The notes under the pieces were generated by a model that was given only the letters and a program-made list of their open reading frames with translations, did no database searches and was not told the origin of the DNA. This document shows positions 1 to 8,831 of a DNA stretch of 64,000 bases, piece after piece. A program made the position numbers and the translations under genes. Location of the stretch: the IMG/VR virus record IMGVR_UViG_3300028840_006257, positions 124,001 to 188,000 of that record; one strand, written 5' to 3'. Each line of letters starts with the position of its first letter. Within the stretch, counting starts at the first letter, position 1.

Positions 1-1
1 G

Positions 2-574
2 GGAACGTACACGAACGCGACGGTGGTCGTCGACGCCCAGGGACGCCTCGGTCCCGGCACCGCCTCGGGAATCGTCGAGCAGACGTACTCGCGGCAGATG
101 TTCATCCCGACGCAGGCGATCCCGGTGCCTCCTCTCGTCGTGCAGGAGTTCGACGTCATCTACGTGACGAGCGCGGCTGGCTTCCTCGCGCCGGCGAATC
201 CGGGAGTGCAGCCCGCCGGTCCGGGTCCGGGTCCGCTCCAGTTCTACTTCAACGTGGGAGGTCCCTTCGCGCCAGACACGTGGCTTCAGGTCTACTACGG
301 ACCCGCGGGAGCACTCGTCCCGATCCTCGATCCGGGCGCGACGGGCCCGCAGGGAGTCTACGCCGCCACGGGACTGGACTTGGGCACGCTGCCCGGAATT
401 CCGATTCCGCCCGGCGTCCCGACCGGACCCGGTCTCTCGATGCCCCTCGCCACGATCCTGCCCGTCTCGGTGCCTCCGCTGACGGCGGCGATCCTCCTCA
501 TCGAGGTTACCTATCCGGCCCAGGCGGCGGCCGGAACGGATGGCCTCACCGTCTCCCTCACGGGTACGGTGTAA
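2..574 (+). CDS. 5'-truncated virion/tail-fibre-like protein
   Basis: Frame open from base 2 (GTYTNATVVVDAQGRL, resembling the GTYTxVTVDxxGR motif of phage fibre proteins); Pro/Gly-rich; stop TAA at 572-574; upstream of structural genes. Confidence 0.5.
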   Translation, partial: GTYTNATVVVDAQGRLGPGTASGIVEQTYSRQMFIPTQAIPVPPLVVQEFDVIYVTSAAGFLAPANPGVQPAGPGPGPLQFYFNVGGPFAPDTWLQVYYGPAGALVPILDPGATGPQGVYAATGLDLGTLPGIPIPPGVPTGPGLSMPLATILPVSVPPLTAAILLIEVTYPAQAAAGTDGLTVSLTGTV

Positions 575-599
575 CCGGATCGACTTTGTGCTGTGCTAG

Positions 600-3500
600 A
601 TGAGCGTCCTCGGATACGGACTTGAGCCCTTCGGCATGGGCCCCTACGGGGGGCTCGGCGGGGTCATGCTTCCGGCCATGGTGCCTCCTCTAGGAGGCTA
701 CGGAGGCTACGCCTACGGGACGAGCTCGTACGGGTCGCTCGGCAGCTTCGGATCGCCTGCCATCGGGACCACGAGCGGCTTCGGCGGCTGCGGCTACGGG
801 ATCAACTCCTACGGCTGCATCGGCATGCTCACGATGCCGCCCATGGTCATCTCGGCCGTGTCGATCACGGGGTTCATCATCGAGGTGTTCTTCTCGAACG
901 AGATGTCGCCCGACGCCGACCTGTTCGACCCGGCAAGCTACACTCTGACCGACCTGGCCGGGGCGGCTCCGGCGACGGTCCTGAGCGTGCAGTCGGGCGT
1001 CCCCGGCGTGTGGGGACCTACCTCGGTGCTCCTGCACCACACGGGGACGACGCTGGGCGGCCTCTATCGCGTGACCGTGGTCGGCCCGCGCGACGTCTCC
1101 GGAGTTGAAATCGCCGCGTACGCGCCGCTCAACGAGGCCGACTGCCTCTGCAAGGGGGAGCCGCCGCCCTTCACGATCACGCCCACCTCGGGTACGGACC
1201 TGCTCTACGAGTTCGAGCAGGACATGCTGCCCGAGAGCGGGTTCACCCCCGGGATCCTCCAGACCGACGCCTACGACTACGAGACCGACTATCCCCAGAA
1301 CCTGATCCCGGTCGCCGTGGACCATCCGTTCGGCGGGAACCCGAAGCACGTGGAGGTGGAGGTCGTCGGGATGACGGCCGCCGAGTACCTCGGGATCGTG
1401 AGCTCCGCGACGGCCATCGACTACGACGGGACCTACCTGCCCGACGACCCCCAGGCGGACTTCACGGGGCAGCAGGTCGGCACCGGCACGACCACCCAGG
1501 GCACAGACGAGGTGCTGCTCTCGAGCGCGGTGGGGTTCTCCTACGGCTGGCGGTTCCTCGACACGTCGGGGCGCGTGCTGCCGAACTCGAGCTACCGCGT
1601 GGACGTCACCTTCGACGCGTCGGCCGCCGTCCTCCTCGATCCGGCCCCCGGGGTCGACCCGGTCGTGCTCGTGCTGATCAACGACGGCGCCGTGCAGGTC
1701 GAGCTGTCGTTCAAGCGCGTGGTGGGGGTGGATACCCTCGAGGTCGCCTCGGGCGCGTTCGTGGCCTCGTCGAGCATCGGCTGGACGGCCCAGGAGACAA
1801 CCGTCTCGCTCGCGCGTAACCAGAAGGCGGACACCTATACGGTGGTCGTCAACGGGGAACCCATCGTGGCGGGCCCCACCGCGAGCTTCACGGCGCCCCC
1901 GGGATTCCCCGCCGGCGTCCAGTTCATGGTCGATCCGAACGGGACGTACGAGGTCGTCGACCTCCCGCTCAAGGCGCTCCTGTTCACGGCGACCCAGACC
2001 GTGTTCTCCGCCGCGTGGAACTTCCTGCACAACCAGCAGGCTCCCTTCGTGGGGTCGGGCGCCCTCACCAGGGACTCGCTCCTGACCAGGAAGGGGCCGC
2101 TCGTCAAGGGGTGGGGCGATGCGACTCCGGCCACCAAGCAGGACGTCGTCGTCTACGTCAACGGGACGCCCGTGGAGGTCGACTCGGTCAACCCCTACTA
2201 CGGGCGCATCTTCCCTACCATCCCGATTCCCCTGACGCCTCCGGGGACGATGGAGGTCACGGTCGACTACATCTGGTTCCCTGCGCCGGTGATGGCGATG
2301 GCTGGGCTCAACACGCCGGGCCTCGTGCTGAACAAGTACGACTGCGGGCCGATCACCCCGACCGGCGGCAACTCTCCGGGCGTGGGACTCCCGGGAGGAG
2401 GCACCAACGGCGTGGAGCTCTCCCGCTTCCCGATGGCGGTCGTTCTCGGGCCGCGGGCCATGAGGCAGCCGCTGCTACGGAGCCCGAGGTTCGTCGCCTA
2501 CCAGAAGCCGTACACGGCGGCGCTGAACAGTCCGACCACCCTGCTCCTGAACCGGGACCCGCACCAGGTCGCGCTCTCCAGCGAGCACAGGGACGCCGAG
2601 GGCGTCGTCGTGTTCTACGAGGGGACCGAGGGGCCCACGGTCGCCGACCCGCCGTGGACGCTCGTGGGCACGGAGGGGCTCGACGACGCGGACATCGCGG
2701 GCCCCGATCCCGTAAACCCCTCGAACGTGGATCCCGACTCCACCCTCGACGGGGTGTTTCAGGTCTACAAGACTGTCAGCGGCCCCTACGGTGAGGGCGA
2801 CGTCACCTTCTACACGCAGGAGATCGACACGAGTTTCCCGTCCTCCATCGTGATGGTCGTGCGCTTCCAGGTGCTCCCCTCGGAGACCGAGGACGGCGAT
2901 GCCATCCCGATTCCCGACGGCGTCTTCGTCGGAGTAGGTTTTGGCTGCCACACGAACAACCACCTCTACCTGGTCGGCTGTCTCCGCGTCAACGACCTGC
3001 AGCACGTCGGGATGCTGGTGGACCCGTCCTTCCCCGAGCTGCTCGACTCGTGGCAGGTAGCCTACGCGACGGACGTCGAGGTGCTCGACGCCACGACGTG
3101 CCAGGCCCAGAGCGACGAGCTCCCCCAGCTCGTCAGGGAGCGCCTGATCTCCGATGACCTGGTGCGTTTCCAGATCTTCGCGGGAACGCAGACCGGAGTC
3201 TACGAGGTGGTCGAGATCGTCGACCAGACGGACGGCACCAGCACGATCACCCTCTCTCCGACGACGCCGTTTCCCGCTGATCCGGCCCTGTACGGCAACC
3301 GCGACTTCACGGTCTACTTCGAGTCCAGGTGGGACGGCGACGGAGAGCCCGGCAGGCCCGCGACGTACCGTCTGGTCGTGAAGAACGACGTCAAGCTGGT
3401 GCCCGACGGCCTCGCCGAATTGTACCTCGGCGCTTCGTTCTCCGGGCGCGCCCTCGAGCTGGCGGGCGCACCTCCGTTCGCCATCCCGCCCGACGGCGTC

Positions 3501-6116
3501 CTGCTGTACCCTACCGGGAACGAGGGCGAGGTCTTCTGGGGTTCGCTCGACCGCAGGGCGAGCAACCTGAGCAGCTGGTCCTTCGTCAGGTACGCGCTGG
3601 ATCCCGGCGCCACGACCCTGAACTTCCGGCAGATCGTCGTCGCGGCCGAGATGAACGACCTGCCCGAGGACGATCCGAACAATATCTGGTTCCTGACGCA
3701 GGAGTTCGGGTCGCGGATCATCGACTTCACGGGCGACCAACTGCTCCTCAAGGCCACCTCAGCCAACAACCAGGCGGGCGTCGAGGACCAGGACCTGACG
3801 ATAGGCTACGCGAGGGTAGAGCCGTTCCTGACGCGGCGTCTCGCCATCGACATGGATAGCACGTTCCAGGTGGACAGCGGCGTCCTCGGAGCGGGGGACC
3901 TCCTCTACGTGGTGCAGGACGGCCTGAGGGAGGTGCGCCTCGCGACCCTGCTCTACGAGGAGACCGGGACGGAACGCCAGCTCCTCGACCTGCCGAACCT
4001 CTCGCTCTCCGGGCTCCTCCTCCCGGACGAGCAGGGATGGTCGAGGGGCGGCGAGCTCACGACGGAGCGCGTTCAGGGTCAGAGGCTCCAGTTCGTCCAG
4101 GCGACGGGCGAGACGCTCGTGTACGCGCTCGTGCTCGTCGAGACGGGAGGAGATCCTCCGCCCGGCGACGGGCGCGTCATCGAGTCGAGGATCCGCGTCG
4201 CCAGCGTGACCACGACGGACCCGGCCGGAGACACCGGGATCTTCTTCGGCTCCGACGTGGGGCCCATCGGGTCTGCTAGGGGCGTCGGCCTCCAGCTCCG
4301 CGCGGCGACGGGCGGCGTCGCGGACCAGGTGTTCCTGTTCTCTCTCGAGACGGGACTCGAGGTCGCGGCGTTCGACGTGGGCTGGAACGACGGAGAACTT
4401 CACACCTATCGAGTCATCGCGGACGCGGACGTCTCCACCGTGTCCGTGGTGGTGGACGACGTGGTGCTGGGCACGGCCGACCTGACGCTGTTCGCCTCCT
4501 CGTCCACGGACACCGAGGCGACGCTCGGCTTCGCGAACACGCTCACGGCCTGCTTCGTCGAGGTCGAGGACTACTCGGTCGTGGTGCTGCCGCCGAGCAC
4601 GGCGGGACGCACGCTAGGCGTCTACGTCCGGGGGGACTCCGACGACATCGACAGCTGGAGGATTCCGCGGACGGACTTGCTCGACGTGCCGAACTCCGAC
4701 CTCTCCGCCGTGGTCGAGCAGATGGACTGGCGGCAGCGGGTCCGCGTCCGTATCCACCGAGACCCGGGCTGGGGCGTGACGATCCTGCGACCGGACCTCC
4801 CGCCGCCGCCCTACTTCACGGGAGACTTCGCGACGCAGTTCACGGAGCCGAGCGCGGGCTGGATCAACGTCGAGTACCGCGAGCTGCCGCGCGCGCCCTC
4901 CAACGCCGCCCTCGGCCAGGTCTCCTTCGGTGCCCTCGATCCGCGGTCGATCACTCAGCTCCGCATCGACGAGGTCCGGTACCGGATCTACAGGTACGCC
5001 ACCGAGGACATCATCATGCCCCCGCACATGGTGCTGAACCAGCAGAACGTCGTCTCGAGCGGGGAGTTTCACGAAGACATCACGGTCGAGCACATCACCG
5101 TTACCTCGACCGACGCGAGGACGGTCGACCTCAAGGGGGGCAACGTCACGGCCGACCGGGTCTTCCAGCTCGTCTCGCTGAACGAGGACGGTACCACGAC
5201 GACCTACCTGCCGGGGTCCTTCGAGTTCGACCGTGACGCCCAGGTCGTTACCATCACGTCCACGCAGTTCCTGGGTTCGGCCTTCGCCGCCGACGACCAG
5301 CTCGACGAGGACCCGGACGTGGTCGACGACGGCTTCCCGCACGAGGACCTGGTCGCGCCCGCGTCTCCGGTCGACGGCATCTCGGACCCGGATCGACGCG
5401 TCGACGCGCTCAACCCGATCAAGATCCCGGTGACGGTCTCGTTCGCTCCGGGGAGGCCCATCACGAAGACCTACGTGTGCTCGCAGCCACTCCTCGACGG
5501 GACGACCCTGCTCAACCAGGACACCCCGCCGTTCGAGACCTCTCAGGTCGGGACCGACGTGCGGTTCCTGGCCTGGGGTTCGCGGATCAACGACCCGAAC
5601 GACGTGCTCAACACCGACCCCGACTTCATCCTGAACGACCCGTTCCGGTTCATCGACTTCAGCAGCGACCCGAAGATCCAGTACGAGCAGATCGATTTCT
5701 GCGAGGTCTCGGAGGGCGAGGAGAACCGTCTGTCCCCGTTCTGCGACGGCGGCTATCCGGGGGCGGCGGACGCGGGCCATCCGGGCAACGATCCGGGCGA
5801 CATCGGCAACGGACCTGTCGAGATCGGCCTCGAGGGTATCGCCTTCACGGAGACCGAACCCATCAGTTTCAATGACGGTCCGTCGGACGGCTTCGGGGGT
5901 TTCACGAGCACCACCTTCCTCAAGGCCAGCGGGGGCGACGCCCCGCCCGGGGGCAACCTCGGAGAGGCCATCCTCTTCACGCCCCTGGGGCCCGAGACGG
6001 TCACTCCGGAGAGCCTCGACGGTAGCGTGGGTTGGAGCGTGATGGGGCAGCTCTACGACACGACCACGAACACCCTCACCCTCCTGTTTTTCGGCACTGA
6101 GTCGCTTGGTCCTTAG
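600..6116 (+). CDS. Giant (1838 aa) putative virion tail/baseplate protein with Ig-like and lectin-like beta modules
   Basis: Long ORF with GC3-rich codons. N-terminal G[YF]GxxxYG repeats, an Ig-like stretch (IIEVFFSNEM...DPASYTL) and a LamG-like strand (LHTYRVIAD...VSVVVDD). Function inferred from size and context. Confidence 0.55.
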   Translation: MSVLGYGLEPFGMGPYGGLGGVMLPAMVPPLGGYGGYAYGTSSYGSLGSFGSPAIGTTSGFGGCGYGINSYGCIGMLTMPPMVISAVSITGFIIEVFFSNEMSPDADLFDPASYTLTDLAGAAPATVLSVQSGVPGVWGPTSVLLHHTGTTLGGLYRVTVVGPRDVSGVEIAAYAPLNEADCLCKGEPPPFTITPTSGTDLLYEFEQDMLPESGFTPGILQTDAYDYETDYPQNLIPVAVDHPFGGNPKHVEVEVVGMTAAEYLGIVSSATAIDYDGTYLPDDPQADFTGQQVGTGTTTQGTDEVLLSSAVGFSYGWRFLDTSGRVLPNSSYRVDVTFDASAAVLLDPAPGVDPVVLVLINDGAVQVELSFKRVVGVDTLEVASGAFVASSSIGWTAQETTVSLARNQKADTYTVVVNGEPIVAGPTASFTAPPGFPAGVQFMVDPNGTYEVVDLPLKALLFTATQTVFSAAWNFLHNQQAPFVGSGALTRDSLLTRKGPLVKGWGDATPATKQDVVVYVNGTPVEVDSVNPYYGRIFPTIPIPLTPPGTMEVTVDYIWFPAPVMAMAGLNTPGLVLNKYDCGPITPTGGNSPGVGLPGGGTNGVELSRFPMAVVLGPRAMRQPLLRSPRFVAYQKPYTAALNSPTTLLLNRDPHQVALSSEHRDAEGVVVFYEGTEGPTVADPPWTLVGTEGLDDADIAGPDPVNPSNVDPDSTLDGVFQVYKTVSGPYGEGDVTFYTQEIDTSFPSSIVMVVRFQVLPSETEDGDAIPIPDGVFVGVGFGCHTNNHLYLVGCLRVNDLQHVGMLVDPSFPELLDSWQVAYATDVEVLDATTCQAQSDELPQLVRERLISDDLVRFQIFAGTQTGVYEVVEIVDQTDGTSTITLSPTTPFPADPALYGNRDFTVYFESRWDGDGEPGRPATYRLVVKNDVKLVPDGLAELYLGASFSGRALELAGAPPFAIPPDGVLLYPTGNEGEVFWGSLDRRASNLSSWSFVRYALDPGATTLNFRQIVVAAEMNDLPEDDPNNIWFLTQEFGSRIIDFTGDQLLLKATSANNQAGVEDQDLTIGYARVEPFLTRRLAIDMDSTFQVDSGVLGAGDLLYVVQDGLREVRLATLLYEETGTERQLLDLPNLSLSGLLLPDEQGWSRGGELTTERVQGQRLQFVQATGETLVYALVLVETGGDPPPGDGRVIESRIRVASVTTTDPAGDTGIFFGSDVGPIGSARGVGLQLRAATGGVADQVFLFSLETGLEVAAFDVGWNDGELHTYRVIADADVSTVSVVVDDVVLGTADLTLFASSSTDTEATLGFANTLTACFVEVEDYSVVVLPPSTAGRTLGVYVRGDSDDIDSWRIPRTDLLDVPNSDLSAVVEQMDWRQRVRVRIHRDPGWGVTILRPDLPPPPYFTGDFATQFTEPSAGWINVEYRELPRAPSNAALGQVSFGALDPRSITQLRIDEVRYRIYRYATEDIIMPPHMVLNQQNVVSSGEFHEDITVEHITVTSTDARTVDLKGGNVTADRVFQLVSLNEDGTTTTYLPGSFEFDRDAQVVTITSTQFLGSAFAADDQLDEDPDVVDDGFPHEDLVAPASPVDGISDPDRRVDALNPIKIPVTVSFAPGRPITKTYVCSQPLLDGTTLLNQDTPPFETSQVGTDVRFLAWGSRINDPNDVLNTDPDFILNDPFRFIDFSSDPKIQYEQIDFCEVSEGEENRLSPFCDGGYPGAADAGHPGNDPGDIGNGPVEIGLEGIAFTETEPISFNDGPSDGFGGFTSTTFLKASGGDAPPGGNLGEAILFTPLGPETVTPESLDGSVGWSVMGQLYDTTTNTLTLLFFGTESLGP

Positions 6117-6157
6117 CGGTTTTCGTTCTATCAGACGGCGCCTAGCAGGGAGATCTC

Positions 6158-6349
6158 ATGCCCACCATCATCCGTGAAAATCTCAGGCCAGCCCGCTCCG
6201 GCTACAAGTTCGGACTGGTGCAACGCTGCACGGATGTCGTCCCCCTCGCGATGACGCGGGGACGCGTGTTCATCGAGATGCGGGATGCCCGCACGGGTGA
6301 CGTCGAAGAACGGTATTGGCTGGACGACCTCAAGGAGTCTGATGTCTGA
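6158..6349 (+). pseudogene. Orphan N-terminal fragment of the tail/baseplate gene completed at 7441-8040
   Basis: 63-aa ORF with SD-like GGGAG. RGRVFIEMRDARTGDVEERYW aligns with KGEFFLTMTDVRTGEVQIQW of the 7441 ORF; the ORF ends where the endonuclease begins. Confidence 0.6.
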
Positions 6350-7460
6350 AGTCTCGCAAGCGGAGCTGAGGCGTCGCCAAAAAATCTCAGACGCCTTGAA
6401 GGGACGCAAGAAGGGACCGCGCAAGCGCGTTTCCGAGGAGGCTAGGAAGGCCCATTCCGAAATGATGAAGGTTCGATGGGCCGACATGTCCGACGAAAAA
6501 CGAGCCTGCATTGGACAACGGATCTCGGAATCCCTGAGCGGTAAAAAGCATACCGTGGAGCATCGAAAGGCAAATGCCGAGAGTCGGCGAGGCAAACCCC
6601 TCTCTCAAGAACAACGGAAGAAGATCTCACGGTCTCTCTGTGAAGCCTACGAGGAAGGACGACGCTCCTCGTGGAACACTGGAATGCGTGTGGGGTCTTG
6701 TTCTGAGGAGACCAAGAAAAAGATCTCTGATTCCCTTCGACGGGCGAGTCAGGAAGGACGTCTGACCCGCTGTCCTTGGAATCAAGGAAAACGGACGGGC
6801 CCGCGTCCGAAAGAGGTTCGTCGGAAGATCTCCGAAAGTTTGCGTGGGAGATCTCATTCGGTCTCACCTGAAAAGCGCGAGGCTTGGCGTCAGAAGATTT
6901 CCACAACTAAGCGAGGGGCGCGTCGTTCCGCGGAAGCCTGTCAAAAAACCTCCGAGTCTTTGCGGCGGGCATACGCGGAGGGTCGTCGCGGGATTTCCGT
7001 GAAGTCGGGCTATGGAAAGGGGAGTTACTACGATACGCCGTTCCAAGGCAAGAAATGGTTGCGATCTACTTCTGAAGTTCAGCGCGCACGCGAGTTGGAC
7101 CAGGCCGGCATCATCTGGTTCTACGAGTTACGCAAGTTCGTCGTGGAACTGAAGGGTCACAACTCCACGTACACTCCGGATTTCTGGATTGTCGAAGACC
7201 TCAAAAGAGAGGCCGTATCCTCAGCACCGTCCCTGGAGGACTTCATCAACGAGATGGAGACCTCGGGGCGTTTTCGGATCGAGGATGTGAAAGGCTGGTG
7301 GGGGCCCACACATAAAACCTTCAAGAAGATCAGCGCGTTTCAGGAGCAGTATCCGAGAGTGCCTTTCCGTATCGTGGTCCGAGAAGGTCTGTTCAGAGAG
7401 AGGGCAACACCCGGCATGCGCTGGAAAGAAGAGGAGCAACATGCAGGACAGAGCGTCTGA
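6342..7460 (+). mobile_element. Free-standing homing endonuclease: NUMOD3-type repeats plus C-terminal PD-(D/E)XK nuclease domain
   Basis: Start refined to ATG 6342 (AAGGAG at 6332-6337). Repeated K(K/R)IS(E/D)SL(K/R)G and PWNxG motifs; C-terminal RSTSE...IWFYE...YTPDF...EDVKG. Visibly lower GC than the flanks. Confidence 0.8.
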
Positions 7461-8040
7461 GCCCCGATTCCCCGGCACGCTGAAGGGAGAGTTTTTCTTG
7501 ACGATGACCGACGTGCGTACCGGGGAGGTCCAAATCCAGTGGAGGTGTCCCCAAGTTGTCACTCTCGACGCCTCGCTCCTGGTCGCGGCGCTCACGAAGG
7601 ACCCGAACGAACCCGCCCACGGGATCAACATGCTGGCCGTCGGGACGGGGGCCCTCGGCGCGATCCTGAATCCCGACAAGCCGACGAACGAGCAGAGGCG
7701 ACTCAACAACGAGATCGCCCGCAAGCCGTTCTCCGAGACGACCTTCCGCGACGCCAACGGAGCCGCGGTCGCGATCAGGACCAACGTCGTCGACTACACC
7801 ACCATCTTCGGCGAGTCCGAGGCCGTCGGGTCCCTGAACGAGATGGGGGTACTTTCCACGATCAGCGACAACGTCGCCATCAAGAATCCCAACCCGAACT
7901 TCGCCGGTCAGGGCGGCGAGCCCTACGATCCCACGATCGACACGTCGGAGTACGACATGTTGTGCAACTTCCTGACCTTCGGCGTGATCACGAAACCCGC
8001 GACCTCGATCCTGACCATCACCTGGCGACTTTCGTATTGA
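7441..8040 (+). CDS. Phage tail/baseplate-associated protein (199 aa)
   Basis: SD GAGGAG before ATG. MLAVGTG...EIARK...GESEAVGSLNEMG...TFGVITKPATSILTITWRLSY matches the pattern of conserved myophage tail/baseplate proteins. Confidence 0.65.
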   Translation: MQDRASEPRFPGTLKGEFFLTMTDVRTGEVQIQWRCPQVVTLDASLLVAALTKDPNEPAHGINMLAVGTGALGAILNPDKPTNEQRRLNNEIARKPFSETTFRDANGAAVAIRTNVVDYTTIFGESEAVGSLNEMGVLSTISDNVAIKNPNPNFAGQGGEPYDPTIDTSEYDMLCNFLTFGVITKPATSILTITWRLSY

Positions 8041-8047
8041 GGAACCG

Positions 8048-8830
8048 ATGAAGTCCTGTCCGGCATGTGGTGAGAAGGACGTTCTGAAGTTCGGCAAGAA
8101 CAAGCGCCGAAAAGACGGCCTTGCGTGCTACTGCCGTGCGTGTTCGCGTCGGAAGGCTAGAGAATACGCTCGTACCCCGGCACAGCAGAAGAAACGGAGG
8201 GTTTACTACGAAGAGAATCGCGAAAAGCTCCTGGGACAGGCGCACGAGCGTTGGCGTGTCAGCAAACATCGCTACGAAGCAGCACGACAGAAATGGGCGG
8301 CCGACAACAGAGAGAGGATGCTCGGTTACTATGCCGCGAAAGCGCACGCCCACCAAGAGTTCGTGGATGCAATCAAAGACGGAAAAGCCTGTTTTGATTG
8401 TCACCGGATGTTCGCGCCCTACGTCATGGAATTCGACCATGTCCGTGGCACGAAACGCTGGGCCATAGGCAAGATGGCGAATCATCGGCGAGAACGTGTC
8501 CTTGAGGAGATCGAGAAGTGCGACCTCGTCTGTTGCGTCTGTCATCGCATCCGCAGTCACGCACGCCGGACACCCTCTAAGAGCCCCCGGCTACAAGCGT
8601 TTCATGAGTGGCTAGCCCCCCTGAAGGCGGGCCCGTGTCATGACTGCGGGCGACGGTTCCCACCTCCAGCCATGGACTTCGACCATGTTTCAGGCATAAA
8701 GGTTGCTGGCATTGCGCAAATGGCTTTCTGGGGTCGTGAGAAAACGTTAGCGGAGATCGCGAAATGCGAGCTTGTCTGCGCCAACTGTCACCGCGAACGG
8801 ACGGTATTCCGTCTTTGGAGGGCAGCCTAG
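8048..8830 (+). mobile_element. Free-standing HNH endonuclease with two tandem HNH domains
   Basis: N-terminal CxxC...CxCxxC finger, then two copies of CxDC...(E/D)FDHV...KC(D/E)LVCxxCHRxR. Low GC. Confidence 0.8.
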
Positions 8831-8831
8831 A

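Noticed and set aside
6342-7460. Group I intron housing the NUMOD3 endonuclease
   Set aside because: No recognisable core helices, and the downstream gene has its own SD, start and duplicate N-terminus. Not excluded without RT-PCR.
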